From Elsinoe ampelina (taxonomy: Eukaryota), in contig ML992516.1 of the NCBI GenBank assembly GCA_010093995.1, forward strand, positions 478,422-538,846: a stretch of 60,425 bases of DNA, written 5' to 3'. A program made the translations under genes and the position numbers. The notes beneath the pieces were generated by a model. That model had not been told where the DNA came from. It worked only from the letters and a program-made list of their open reading frames with translations, and searched no databases. Shown piece after piece: positions 45,870 to 58,621 of this stretch (positions within the stretch are counted from its first letter, which is position 1; each line of letters begins with the position of its first letter).

Positions 45870-48800
45870 ATGGCCGAATCACAGAGTCATCGTACTCATC
45901 GGCCAACGAAGGAGAAGAAGAAGTCACATTCTGGAGGACCTAATCCGAAAGCATTCGCCTTCTCGACGCCGGGACGATATGCGAAGCAAGCCGCTCGAGC
46001 TCATGATGTATGTGTTTTGCATTGTATGAGGACGTTGCTAATATGTTTAGATCAAAGAGAAGCGTCTCCATGTACCTCTTGTCGATCGCTTGCCTGAAGA
46101 GGCTCCTCCTGTCATCGTCGGCGTCATCGGCCCCCCAGGCGTCGGCAAGACCACCCTCGTCAAGTCCCTCATCCGCCGGTATACCAAGCAGACCATTTCT
46201 GATCCTCGAGGACCGCTGACGGTGGTGACTGCGAAGAGGAGGAGGCTCACAATCATGGAGTGCCCTTCAGACTCGCTCTCCGCTATGATTGACATGGCCA
46301 AGGTGGTGGATATCGTGCTGCTCATGGTTGATGGGAACTATGGCTTTGAAATGGAGACGATGGAGTTTCTGAATGTCCTGTCCGCCACCGGAATGCCTGG
46401 AAACGTCTTCACGATTCTTACACATCTGGACCTGTTCAAAAAGCCGGAGACACTGAAGGCGCAGAAGAAGAGGTTGAGGCACAGATTGTGGAGTGAGTTG
46501 TATCAGGGTGCAAAGCTGTTCTATCTGTCTGGTGTGGTGAATGGGCGGTATCCTGATCGGGAGATACATAATCTGTCGCGGTTTCTCGGAGTGATGAAGA
46601 ATCCTCGACCGCTGGTTTGGAGGAATAGCCATCCGTACTGTCTGGCTGATCGGTTTCTGGATATCACGCCGCCGACTTCGATCGAGGCTGACCCGAAATG
46701 CGACCGGACGATTGCCCTGTATGGGTATCTGCGAGGGACAAATCTGCCGACCGATGCGAAGGTGCATGTGCCTGGGCTGGGGGATCTGCGGGTGGCTGAG
46801 GTTGAGGCGCTGCCGGATCCATGTCCGACTCCATTTTATGAGGACGCGCTGTCCAAGGCGACTGGGAAGAAGAAGAGACGGAGACTTGGGGAGAAGCAGA
46901 AATTGATATTCGCACCCATGTCGGATGTCGGGGGTGTGCTTGTGGATAAGGACGCTGTGTATGTGGATGTGAAGAGCTCGACATTTGAGGAGGGGCAGGA
47001 GTTGGGGTTGGGAGAGCAGATGGTGGTGGATCTTCATGCTGGGAAGGTATTGGGGAGGACTGAGGGCGGGCTGCAGCTGTTTGGGAAGGGTGGGATGGTG
47101 GAGACGACGGGGAGGAAGAGTGCGAGGGTGGTAGATAGAGAGGTGGAGGAGGGGACGCCCGAGGATGAGGGGTTTGTCAGTGGGAGTGACGAGGATGATG
47201 ACGAGCTGGTGGAGCCGCCGGAGAAGGTGGAGAGTGAGGATGAGGAGGGGGAGGTTGCCTTTGCGGACAGTGATTCTGATCTGGGGTCGCTGTCGGATGG
47301 GGAGGTGGATGTGGAGACTGGAGATGAAGAGGATGATGGGGATGGGGCCGCGGAATGGAAGAGCAATCTGTCAGGACGAGCCGCACAACTACATCGCCGA
47401 TCGAGACCTTACCGAGTTGTCGACTTTGCGAAGATGCTCTATGACAACATGCTGTCGACTGCTGAGGTGTTGCGGAGGTGGAAGGGGGAGGAAGAGGTGA
47501 TTGAGGAAGATGATGGGCTGTTCAGGAAGAAGCGGGAGGTAAAGCTGGGCATGACGGATGAGAGGAAGGCGGCGCTGGAGGAGAAGTGGACGGACCCGGA
47601 TAATCTCGACGTCCTGCGGGAACGATTCGCTGCCGCCAAGATACAGGATGAAGAGAGTGAGGGTGATGGGGAGTTTGAGGATTTGGAGACCGGGGAGGTG
47701 CATGGTGGGGAGGAAGAGGATGAGGACCTGGACAAGGAGCGTGAGCGCAATGCGAAGAGGAAAGAGGAGCTGAAACAACGATTCGAGGAGGAGGATCGCG
47801 ATGGGTTCCTGAACGATAAGGAGAAGGAGGATGAGTTTGGCGAGGATGACTGGTATGATGCGCAAAAATCGAAATTGCAGAAACAGCAGGACATCAACAG
47901 GGCGGAGTTTGAGCAGCTGGATCCCACCTCGCGGGCAAGGGTGGAGGGGTATAAGGCTGGAACGTATGCGAAATTGGTGCTGGAGAATGTTCCGTTTGAG
48001 TTCTCGACTGGGTTCAATCCACGGGTGCCGGTCTTGATTGGTGGATTGACGCCGACGGAGGAGAGGTTCGGGTATGTTCAGGTCAGGATTAAGCGGCACC
48101 GCTGGCATAAGAAGATCTTGAAGACCAACGACCCGCTGATCTTCTCGCTGGGCTGGAGAAGGTTCCAGACCATGCCGATGTATGCCATTTCGGATTCTCG
48201 GACCAGGAATAGGATGTTGAAGTATACGCCCGAGCATATGCACTGCTTTGGGACATTCTACGGGCCGCTCATCGCGCCGAATACTGGGTTCTGCTGTGTT
48301 CAGTCCTTCTCGAATAGTCCTGGATTCAGGATTGCCGCCACTGGAGTTGTTGAGAAGGTCGACGAGAGTGTGGAGATTGTCAAGAAGCTGAAGCTGACTG
48401 GTCATGCCTACAAGATCTTCAAGAATACTGCGTTTATCAAGGATATGTTTACCTCGGCGCTGGAGATTGCCAAATTCGAGGGGGCTAGTATCAAGACGGT
48501 TTCTGGGATCCGCGGACAGATCAAGAAGGCGCTGGCCAAGCCGGAAGGGTGCTTCAGGGCGACCTTTGAGGATAAGATATTGATGAGCGATATTGTTTTC
48601 TTGAGGGCCTGGTATGGGGTGAGGCCGCACAGGTATTATAACCCGGTGACTGAGCTGGTTGGCTGGGAGGGTATGCGGACGACTGGGGAGCTGCGAGTGG
48701 TGCATAACGTGGCGACGCCCAAGGAGAGGAACTCGGCGTACAGGCCGGTGGAGAGGGAGGAGAGGCACTTTAACCCGCTGAGAGTGCCGCGGGCGGTGCG

Positions 48801-49101
48801 GGCGGAGCTGCCGTTCAAGAGCCAGATCGCGCAGATGAAGCCGCAGAGGAAGGAGACGTATATGCAGAAGCGGGCGGTCGTTGCCGGTGGGGAGGAGAAG
48901 AGGCAGCGGGCGCTGCTGGAGCAGCTGCGGGCGGTCAGGAACGAGAAGGAGGGGAAGAGGGCCGCCAAGAAGGAGGAGAAGCGGCAGGCGTACAGGGAGA
49001 AGAAGACCGAGGCCGAGGGGCGGAAGAGGCAGAGGGAGAAGGATGAGAGGGATCGGTATTGGGAGAAGGAGGGGAAGAAGAGGAAGGGGTGGAGCAAGTA
49101 G
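45870..49101 (+). CDS. BMS1: Ribosome biogenesis GTPase Bms1
   Basis: GPNPKAFAF, intron 46008-46050, GPPGVGKTTL, DGNYGFEMETMEFL, KRHRWHKKILKTNDPL, RNRMLKYTPEHMHC, ATFEDKILMSDIVFLRAW. Confidence 0.97.
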
Positions 49102-49317
49102 GGTCGACCGTCGGACTGGGCTGGTTGCAGGTAGTGGTTGAATGCGATGTGGTTGCTGTAAGTGGATGGTTCTCCTATCTCGCTGCGACCTCACTGGCGA
49201 CGAGTCACGTGCATGCCAAGTCTGGTAGTATCTGGCTCCGCTGCAAAATCTGCTCTGCACCACAACTCACACGCATTCCACCACCTCCATTTTCATCTGG
49301 TCCTTCAAAGATTCAAC

Positions 49318-50778
49318 ATGGCCTCATACCATCGATATGTGCCACATAGCACCTCCGCCTCGCCTGTGCCAATCATCACAAGAAGACGTCCGATCGGAAT
49401 GGATCCTCTGACCCGCCTGGGCCGGGACGTCTCCGCCATGCTCTTGAAGTACCTTTCGAAACCCGACCTCCTCTCTCTTTGTCGAGTCAGCCGCGCTGCC
49501 CACGCCCAGGCGACCAGGTTGCTGTACTCCAAGTTCGAATGGCACTGGTCAAAGGATGTGCAGCGTACCATGATCCTGTTCATCCGAGCTCTCCTCAGGC
49601 GACCGCAGCTCGCATCACATGTCAAATCAGTGAAGCTAATAGGATCATCTCGAATGAACGGCTTGAATGAAGGCATATCTCGCACGAACCTTCTTGACTT
49701 GCGACAAGCCCACGAGGCTCTCACGTCTGCCCTTGCGAATCCACCTCAGAAGTTCTGGTGGGACATTCGTCGTGCTGACTTTGGTACCATCGCCACGCTC
49801 CTCTTGTCGCAGTGTCGCAATCTTGAAGATCTGGAGATCGTGGAGCTCCTCCCCGAATTCAACAATGCTTTGGTCCAAGCTCTCCGCGATTCTATAGTCC
49901 AGCGCCAGGCCACAGACCCTTGGTTTCCTCATCTCAAAAGCGTCAAATATGTCACAGCCTTCAGATATCATCACCAACCGACCGAGTGGAAAGAGAATTG
50001 TCTTGTCGCATGGCTCACCAGCACACCCAGCATCGAGACGGTATCCCTTGTGGCGGGATGGCAACAAACTTTCGAGCTGCCGAAAGGGTGCTCTATCGTG
50101 CAACTGGATCTTGCGCACGTAGACACCGCCAAGCTTGGGAAACTCCTCTCCCATACGCCAGCTCTGAAAAGGCTTGTCTGGGAGGTTCCGATGGACGCTG
50201 GACGATTCTCGTCTTCTACTCAAACACAGCAGGATCTTGATGCACTGGTACTTGGGTTGCACCAAGTCAAAGATACTCTGGAGAGTCTCTGCGTCGAACG
50301 TATCGCGAGGCCATACGGCGACAAACCGTACCGCTTCCCAGTCAAGGGTACGATGCGTGGTCTCCGCGAGTTCCACGCCCTCCAGCAACTCGAGCTTCCT
50401 CTGGCTTTTCTTGTTGCCGGCAACCCCGGAGAGCCATTACACATCGAGGAGGTCATGCCTGCGACCATTCAAGCTCTGCGGTTGACTGACTATCCTCGGA
50501 CTTTCGACAACAAACCTTCCAGGCATGGTAGTCCATACCAGGCTCTCAAGCACGCTGATGTGGAACTTTTGGCGATTTCTCATGTGCTAGAACATTTTCT
50601 CCCGACTTCGAGAAAGACTCACCCGTCTCTGCACACCCTGGAAGTCACCTTCAAGGCGGAAGACCAATGGGGGCCGCAGTGGGACAAGTTGAAAGAGCTG
50701 GCTTCAGGGGTTGGATTGCCGATCAAGACAAGTACAAAAGCAAGTTTCTGGTTCGAGTGTGATGGGAAGATGAGGTGA
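49318..50778 (+). CDS. F-box-like / LRR-like protein, paralog 1
   Basis: PLTRLGRDVSAMLLKYLSKPDLLSLCRVSR...LLYS F-box-like motif; LFIRALLRRPQLASHVK; LLLSQCRNLEDL; GTMRGLREF..LQQLELPL. Confidence 0.75.
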   Translation: MASYHRYVPHSTSASPVPIITRRRPIGMDPLTRLGRDVSAMLLKYLSKPDLLSLCRVSRAAHAQATRLLYSKFEWHWSKDVQRTMILFIRALLRRPQLASHVKSVKLIGSSRMNGLNEGISRTNLLDLRQAHEALTSALANPPQKFWWDIRRADFGTIATLLLSQCRNLEDLEIVELLPEFNNALVQALRDSIVQRQATDPWFPHLKSVKYVTAFRYHHQPTEWKENCLVAWLTSTPSIETVSLVAGWQQTFELPKGCSIVQLDLAHVDTAKLGKLLSHTPALKRLVWEVPMDAGRFSSSTQTQQDLDALVLGLHQVKDTLESLCVERIARPYGDKPYRFPVKGTMRGLREFHALQQLELPLAFLVAGNPGEPLHIEEVMPATIQALRLTDYPRTFDNKPSRHGSPYQALKHADVELLAISHVLEHFLPTSRKTHPSLHTLEVTFKAEDQWGPQWDKLKELASGVGLPIKTSTKASFWFECDGKMR

Positions 50779-51666
50779 TGTCCGATGCCGTGCGGCTATA
50801 CGCAGGGTTGGTAGTCAAATAGAATGCATAGACTATGGGGCGTATTTTGAATGATCTCAGCAATCTCCACAACATGACAACAAGATATACTGCTTGATGA
50901 ATTGTCAATTCGCATCCAGTGTTACTTTTGGAGGATGAGCGTGCATGCTGGACTGGGATCCAACTTGGGGATTTGGAAGTTGAATTGTTTGTCAGCGTCT
51001 GTGGGGAACAAGATTGGACTTCGCACCCTCGGACAGAATTTGCTCTCTTCTTCTCACAATCATCAGCATATCATCGTGATCATCTCGCAATCGATCAGCG
51101 ACGGAAGCAGTACCACTCGTCGGTAACTTCTACCGTTGATGAATTGGACGCACCACTTTGTGGCGATCATTATGCGGCCTCGTCACCAAGCCTGTCGTTG
51201 TCCATCAAATCCATGCTGTGCACAGATTCGACTCTTTGGACCACTCCCGGTCTGTCCCCGAGACGCTCCTGAGGGCTGGCGATCAGAAGAATCTGCCAGG
51301 GTACAGTATGATACAGCGCTGCCTGATTCGAGGAGCTTGCAGATTGTGAGGTGGGCAAGCTGATCTGGGAGCTTCCATCATGGTCTTCGAGGACGGCTCG
51401 CTAATCGATGGCAAGATCGCCTGTCGTGGTCATCTCGACATGATACTTCTGTGACAAGGTGAGTTGCTGGTAGGATTTGACCCAGCGTGTGCATACTCTT
51501 CCCGAACTTGTCCTTCTTGTCGAGCCGTGTTGGACGGCTGCCGAATGATCACGTGACTGGAATCTTCTGCCAAGCTTTCACGAAAGACGACCACTCTGCA
51601 GGATCTTCCTCGTGAATCACATCAATCACTACCACATCCACATTGATCGCACCTCTACTTTGTCCG

Positions 51667-53198
51667 ATGGATCCACCCGACGATGTCCTCAAAAGGGTTG
51701 AGCGAGAACAGGAGGAAGAGCAGCGCAGGAGGCGTGGCCCAGAATGGGATGGCGCATCTCCTCAAATCGCGGAACAGGGTCGAAAAATCAAGCGAGCCAG
51801 GAAGGCTCCGTTCAGCCATCTGGGCATGATATATCGATGATGGTTCTCACTCATCTCTCTACCCAGGATATCGCGAACCTCTACCTCGTCAACTCATACA
51901 CCAGGAACTTCGTGGAACCTGTCCTGTACTCAAAATTCAGCTGGACATGGTCGACAGAGCAAGAGCAGGAATTTCGCAGTCAGAAATGCGAGGATAACTC
52001 TTTAGACGGCAAGAATTCTGCTCTCGTGCTCTTTATCCGAACCCTCATGGACCGACCCGATCTCGCCACACACGTCAAGGCCATTACACTTATCGATCCA
52101 CGTCCTTTCCCTCGTCCTCTTCGTACGACCTCTCTCGACGTGGCCAAAGCTAGCAGGCTCATGGAGCCTTGCCTGCCACGTCCATACGAGATCGCATCAT
52201 ACCGACTGCGCTGGGGCGAGCTTGGGAAGCTGGTAGCACTGCTCTTGTCCCAGGTGCGCAATCTGAGGTCTCTGGAGCTTGACCGGATTTTCAATCATGA
52301 TCTTGCCTATATGGGGATCTTCTGTGATGACTTTCGAGTTTTGCGCGAGAATCGAAAGCCATTCTTCCCTCACCTCAAAAAGATCATGTATCAGTCCCCG
52401 GAATCTCGTGGCGCGGGTAGTAACGAGCCCAGTCGGACGCGACATGTCATTCAGCTTCCCGGCATTGAGACTGCGTCGCTCACACTGTATTTCCCACACT
52501 GGCCACTGGACCCATTGAGACGGGATGCTTCTTACTTCTACCCCTGTCGATCGTCCATAGTCGAGCTGTGCGTCGAGAACATCAGAGAAAAGTCTCTTCC
52601 AAGTCTTCTGCAAAACATGGGCCTCAAAAAATTGACGTATGGATGGACCTATGATCCGTCGGACCTTTACATGGATGGACCTGGAGTTCAACGAATTTAT
52701 CTCGATAATATCGTTCAAGCCTTGTCTTCATCCTGGAACACATTGACTCACCTCACCATCGAGAATCGAAGTGGCCCCTACACACTTCATCATCCAAAGT
52801 TCATGACTTTGGGTTCGCTGAGAGGTCTTCGTGAGCAGACTAAGCTGCAGCATCTTGAGCTCCCTCTGCATTTCATCGCGGGATATCAGCCGGCTGAAAG
52901 GATCCGGATCCAGGAAGTCATTCCTAAGCAGGTGGAGTCTCTGGTTATCACTGACAGCTTCTGGCCACATCCAATATGGGACAGGGGAAACCGGAACCGT
53001 GGGTGGGGCCGTCAGGAAATTCTGGATCTCGTGGGAAGCTTTCTCAAGACCTGGATGACAACAAATCCTTGGTTGAAGACATTGACACTCTCTCTGGATT
53101 CAATGCAGACATGGGCGAATGTGGACTGGGGACAGTTGGACGCTTGGAGCAGGATGTACGACTTGAAGGTCATTACGCCGATCAGGGAGACTTCCTGA
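51667..53198 (+). CDS. F-box-like / LRR-like protein, paralog 2 (apparent 1-nt deletion at ~51822-51825)
   Basis: APFSHLG (frame of ATG 51667) followed by HDISMMVLTHLS...LYLVNS...EPVLYS (other frame) matches the paralogs; LFIRTLMDRPDLATHVK; GSLRGLRE..KLQHLELPL. Confidence 0.7.
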
Positions 53199-53543
53199 GA
53201 CAGCCCCGAGTGCTGTCTTTTGGCGACGCGCTGCGGAAGCAAACATTGGCTGCGGGATAGGATGGTGGGATGAGTCGGTGACATTCGGGGCCATGACAGC
53301 TTCTCTGAAGTATGTATAGATTGAGCGTAATACAGTAATTCAGAAAATTCGAATCAACCATCTGTTCCACTCTCAAAAGCCGCAACAACAGTATGCTTAG
53401 GACGCGCCAAAGTCGTCACGTGATTGTTGCCAAGCATCCACAAAGAAGACCTTGTGAGGATTTTGTCTGCAGGATCTCTTCCACCACTCCTGGCACTTTG
53501 TCAAATCCATCATTTTAGTCTCTACCACCCGCAGCAAGACAAG

Positions 53544-54908
53544 ATGGAGTCTCCCGGCCGATACAGAAGTCAGTTCCCCCCCTTGGCCCGCCTGGGCTAT
53601 GACATTACCAGCATGATCCTGGGCCATGTCTCGAACAGCGACCTCGGTAAACTCTGTCTTGTCAACTCGGCTACTCGAGCCCTCGTCGAGCCAGTTCTGT
53701 ACTCCGAATTTACCTGGACCTGGTCGCAACAGAATCCACCTGCTCTTATCCTCTTCATGCGGACCATACTGGGTCGAACCGACCTCGCCGCTCACACCAA
53801 GTCTGTGAAGCTATTGGACTCCCACCCGCCTCCTCCAACGGACCGCCGAGTCCCCCGCCTGTACCTGCCGACCGCGCTATTGAATGTCTCGAAAGCGACA
53901 TATGCTCTGAACATCAAACTCGCTCGTCATCTCCAGCTAAGGACAGCTCGCATCGCCGAAGGAGATCTTAGTCTGCTGGTAGTAATTCTACTGTCGCAGC
54001 TTCGCAGCCTTCGTTCTATCCAACTAGGTCGAGGTTTCACTTACCGTACCACCCTCATCACCAAGTTGGGCACTGGTATCTTACCCTTGGAATCCAACGA
54101 GCCCTACTTTCCTCATCTCCGATCTATCAAGTATGAATCTCTCGGACATCCCAATGTCAGCGCTCCCAACCGAGATGAGATCAATCGTCTGTGGCAGGTC
54201 GTACAATTACCGGGTATTGAGACAGCCTCACTTGGACTCGACCTTCCCGATATCTCCGATAGCATGTTCCAAAGTCAAGAAGTCTGCCAAATCACGACAC
54301 TGGAGGTGGCGTACCTTGACGAGAGTTTCTTACACCATCTCTTGTCTCGGATGCCGAAGTTGAAGAAGTTGACATGGACTTCATCGAAGAAGGTGTCATC
54401 GAGTCATACGCATACCATCGACCTTGGCCAGCTGCAGTCAGCCTTGCAATATGTGAAGGACACATTGACACACCTTACGATCAAAGGTCGCTGCGACCAT
54501 GTCTCTTCCGATTCACTCCGACTGACTACCACGGGCTCACTATGTCGTTTGCGAGAATTCATGGTCCTCAAGTATCTGGAGCTCCCCTGGCAATTCCTCG
54601 TTGGCTTTCGCCCGGCCCAAGCTGTTCGCATCCAAGATGTCATACCCGAGCAGCTTGAGTCTTTGGTGGTTACAGACAAGGAATTCCTCCCCCATTCTGC
54701 CTGGTATACGAATAATGTGAACCCCGAATGGAATGCATTGGCGGTTCTGAAGATACTCGATCCCTTCCTGCAGGTTTGGAGGACGACGCACCCCTGGCTG
54801 ACGATCTTTTCCTTTAACCTGGAAACGATGGACAGGTGGAGGTCTAACAGAAGGGATGCCCTGAATGAGATGAGAAGGAAGTATGGATTGCCCAATGAGG
54901 TTGGCTGA
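53544..54908 (+). CDS. F-box-like / LRR-like protein, paralog 3
   Basis: PPLARLGYDITSMILGHVSNSDLGKLCLVNS...EPVLYSEFTWTW; LFMRTILGRTDLAAHTK; GSLCRLREF..LKYLELPW. Confidence 0.75.
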   Translation: MESPGRYRSQFPPLARLGYDITSMILGHVSNSDLGKLCLVNSATRALVEPVLYSEFTWTWSQQNPPALILFMRTILGRTDLAAHTKSVKLLDSHPPPPTDRRVPRLYLPTALLNVSKATYALNIKLARHLQLRTARIAEGDLSLLVVILLSQLRSLRSIQLGRGFTYRTTLITKLGTGILPLESNEPYFPHLRSIKYESLGHPNVSAPNRDEINRLWQVVQLPGIETASLGLDLPDISDSMFQSQEVCQITTLEVAYLDESFLHHLLSRMPKLKKLTWTSSKKVSSSHTHTIDLGQLQSALQYVKDTLTHLTIKGRCDHVSSDSLRLTTTGSLCRLREFMVLKYLELPWQFLVGFRPAQAVRIQDVIPEQLESLVVTDKEFLPHSAWYTNNVNPEWNALAVLKILDPFLQVWRTTHPWLTIFSFNLETMDRWRSNRRDALNEMRRKYGLPNEVG

Positions 54909-55590
54909 ATGAAAGCAATTTGATACTGTGCAGGCTGGGTTGTGTTGATGTGGTCAGCTGGATAGGCTAATCACTTTCATTGAACAGCTCTGTAGGATGA
55001 ATTATGGCTTCTCGTAATCAACGCTGGAAGACCAACCCAATTTGTCCATCCACGATTGTCGAAGTGAAAGTGTGAAGGTGTGAAGTTGCCGAATTGGCCG
55101 TGCCCTCGGGTTTTTCTTTTGTTTGTCAGCGTCCCCAGACCGACATTTCCGCTTCTCAATTCAATTTTGCTCTTTTGCTTCTACAAAGGAATCACCGGCA
55201 AGCCTACAAGTTCATCACGAGCACGACGGGATGGATTGTTCGTCATGGAGCAAAGCTTACTGTGTTTTACACTGACGAGTCCGACCGTCAGGCTTTGAGC
55301 ACCCGGACAGGAGCACTGCAAGAGGAATTCTTGTCTGCTACCACGATGGCTACCTGAATGACCTCTACTCCAGCCGACACCAAGTCAGCTTATCAACTCA
55401 TGATCCCCTCCCCGAGCTCGCTATGAAAGTGCTTCTTGAAGAGGTCACAGAAGCTGTTGGAAGTACGGCGGCAGATGATTATCTCCATATGCGGACCGAA
55501 CTCGTACTTCACCTTCGACTCCTCCCCCTCCTGGTGGACTATCCTGGTGAACTTGTCCAGTCCAGCCAGTACAGCTACGATAAGGCCACC

Positions 55591-56457
55591 TTACTTCTTC
55601 TGAATCAACACGGTGTATGCAGCCTCCGGTTCGGCGACTCGAAAGTCGTCGTCAAAGGTATATGGTATGTCGTGGATCAGGTATGTTTTTTCCTCGTCAC
55701 CTAGCAGTCCAACCACAATCTGCTTCCCAACAGCCCAGTCCCTCGCAGCAGCTAGAGCTTCGATAAAGAATTCCTTGGAGACAATCTCTTGTTGCAGATC
55801 GGCAGGAATTGACGCGACCGGCTTGACCTGCTGACCTGTCGCTACAATCGTTCCAATCAGACGTCCCAACGAAACCCTTCCCAGCAGGCTCATGTTGTCC
55901 AGCTCTTTTGCAGTACCTTGGATGTCGTTGAGGTACCCAGACCAACCTTTGCCCTCGCAGCTGAAATTGACCACAAGGTAATCCATCATGCAGATGACCA
56001 TGGCGAGCGGAAGGGAGTTCAACCTGGAGCTGAGATCATGCAGAAAAGCCAGAATAACGACAATGATTGGGTGGGCCGTGTCGCCGGGCTCGTGGTTCTC
56101 GACTTCTCCCTGAAGGCTACTCTGCAGGATTGACAGATGGCTAAGCAGCGCTGACCCTTTCTCGTCAAACCATCCATCGCGATACCAGTCTGCAAGAAAC
56201 AAGAGGGTGAGTGGTGGATCGCTGTCCTCGGGATCGCCTTTCGACTCGCGGGATCCGCAGTATAGCGAGGTGGCGATAAGGCGGCCGTCGCCAGTGGCAT
56301 GCGTCTTTGTTAAGCGGTCATTCTTGCCGAACCAGCTTGCGCCAGTGCTGTTGATGTACGGCCAGACGAGATCTTCTGTAAACCCTCCCGATCCGATTGA
56401 GGTGTACATAGTGTCGAGCATGTCTGCCACCATCCGCTGATGTATCCTGTCAGACAT
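55591..56457 (-). CDS. Hypothetical protein (288 aa); frame reopens for 65 codons after the TAA, so possibly prematurely truncated
   Basis: Long ORF with protein-like composition; the same frame continues GGLIVAVLAGLDKF...EGIMS* to 55393. Confidence 0.55.
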   Translation of the reverse strand: MSDRIHQRMVADMLDTMYTSIGSGGFTEDLVWPYINSTGASWFGKNDRLTKTHATGDGRLIATSLYCGSRESKGDPEDSDPPLTLLFLADWYRDGWFDEKGSALLSHLSILQSSLQGEVENHEPGDTAHPIIVVILAFLHDLSSRLNSLPLAMVICMMDYLVVNFSCEGKGWSGYLNDIQGTAKELDNMSLLGRVSLGRLIGTIVATGQQVKPVASIPADLQQEIVSKEFFIEALAAARDWAVGKQIVVGLLGDEEKTYLIHDIPYTFDDDFRVAEPEAAYTVLIQKK

Positions 56458-56806
56458 GCTGTGAGTGGCTGGCGAATGGCGGGGTGTGGTGGTCTAGGGC
56501 GATCGGAACAAGGGAGTAGATTCACGAAATGGTCCATACTGAGTTTGATGCCAAGACCTTAGTCACCCGCGGCGAGAGGCAACCGGCGGCGACATTTATT
56601 TACCCGATACTTTTACGCATCACTTCTTCGCCTTTATTCATCATAATTCCACCTCTGCATCGGGCGCACGCTTACACCTTCAATTGTTGCCCATTCGACC
56701 AAGATCCGCACAGGCGGTCACATTCTGTCTTGAGAATCGAGGTAAGACGGTCCTCAACACCTATCAGATATAACGACTCACACTGCAGATATCGCCACCC
56801 GCTACA

Positions 56807-58621
56807 ATGGATCAGACTTCGCATGAGCACCCCACTGGGTCATCCGACAGAGACGACTTCTCCGAACTCACCATGGCCGAGCGGGAACAGTTTCACGACC
56901 TCATCTCCGCCGACGAGGCAACAGTCGCTCGCGAATTGGAGGATCTTTTCGACGACCCCGACCACGTCGATCGCAATCGTGCGGCCATCAACCAGGCGTA
57001 CAAGGAGAAGGCTGCTGAGACTACTGATGAAGTGAAGCGTCAGGCCTACCTCGCAAAGATCAAGGGCACTCTCGAGGATGACGACCCAGAGGATGAGTCG
57101 GTGACAATCTTCAACGAGTCGACCCTGGAGCAGCGTTCACAGTTCAGCGAGGACGAGAAGAAGGCTTACGAGGACAAGAGGAGCTTGTACCTGGACCATG
57201 TCGGCAAGAAGATGCGCAGCCTTCCTCCACCAGAGCAGCTCCCGCCTTCCATTAGGGCCAGAATCCAGCTGCCGTTTTTTAGCGAGCGCATGCAACGTCT
57301 CTTCCATTTCTGGACTGTCGGAGGGGAGCGGCCCCTGTTGAAGCATCTGCTGGCCGAAGGTATCAGGTCCGCCATCCTAGGAAGGTCTTGGTGCTGACGT
57401 TTGAAAGATCACCGCTACAGCACCGCCAGCGGATCCACTAGTATCTGGAACTCTAATCAGAAGGACGTGAGCCCCAAGCTCATTGAGCTCTTCGCCATGT
57501 ACGAAGGGGACTTTATCACCACCGCTTTGAAGGGCCAGATCAGCGAGTACTTCCGCGATCCCTCCAAAGCTGCCTTTCTCTTCCAGAGTCCAGATGGAGA
57601 GGAGATTGACTGCATCATTGGTCAGCGTTTTGAGAATTATATCCTCCTCCTCCAGGACCAGGACGGCGACCGTTTCACCATCAGCCAATTCCATCAGCTG
57701 CTCGACTTCCTCAAGGCGTACATTGAGGATGGCGAGCCAGCCCACACGACCAAGGAAGGCACTGCGAAGGGCGACAAAGATATCTTTGCTGCCCCCGGCG
57801 ATGGCGAAAGCCACGGAGCAGCCATCGTCCGCAAAATCGACGAAGCCGTCAATGCCGACACCACAGCCAAGGCTCACAAGCACCACAGGCGCTATCTGAC
57901 CAGTGCAGAAGATGTCCGTGTCTTACGCAGTTGGTTGGGATGGTGGGAGGAATACCTTTCGGATATCCAGAGTGTCTACGGCATGCAGGACGACCAGGAG
58001 CTGCCAAAGGATATCACTTATGTCGGCTGGACTCACACCCCGCACATCAGCAAGCAGAGTCACAGCCTGCACTGCAACAGTCTTTCACTTGTGAATCTTG
58101 TCGACGCCGCCGCGATTGCCTTGAGCAAGGAGATCCATCAAAGCGGTAAGGTGGTCAAGATGCGCTATCACACACTCCGACTCGTATATGATGAGGAAGT
58201 CTCCGAAGACGGGGAACACTTTGACTCTCTCCTGACTGGCTCTTACTACTGGATGGGCGGTCTCAAGACTGTTTTCGGTGGAGGTTTTCACGACGCTGCT
58301 CACGATCCCGAGTATAAACATCTCTACGAACACAACCACGGCCAGCTCGAGATCATGGGGCATCTCCTGGACAACATGCAGCGTGTGAACGAGAACATGA
58401 AGAAGGATATCGAGCGTGTGGAGATGCATCAGCAGCTTGTCAACGAGTTGAAGCAGGCGATTGAGAAGCTGCCGACTCTGGGTGCGGAGATCCGTAAAGG
58501 GAAAGCGGAGCTCAGAAAACTCAACCATCTGCGCAAGCTGCGCAAGCAGCAGAAGCAGGAAGTCAAGGAGGCTTTGCTGGCTCTGTTGAGGGCGGCCATG
58601 GCCAAGTCGGCAGACGAGTAG
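56807..58621 (+). CDS. Orphan protein (~588 aa) with a degenerate GIY-YIG-like domain and C-terminal coiled coil (paralog A)
   Basis: A 48-nt intron 57360-57407 (GTATCA..GCTGAC..AAG) joins ORFs 56807-57397 and 57401-58621 in frame; clear homology to the convergent gene. Confidence 0.7.

Noticed and set aside
47389..49263. 624-aa ORF antisense to BMS1, and other nested ORFs
   Set aside because: Explained by the strong G/C third-position bias of BMS1, which removes antisense stops.
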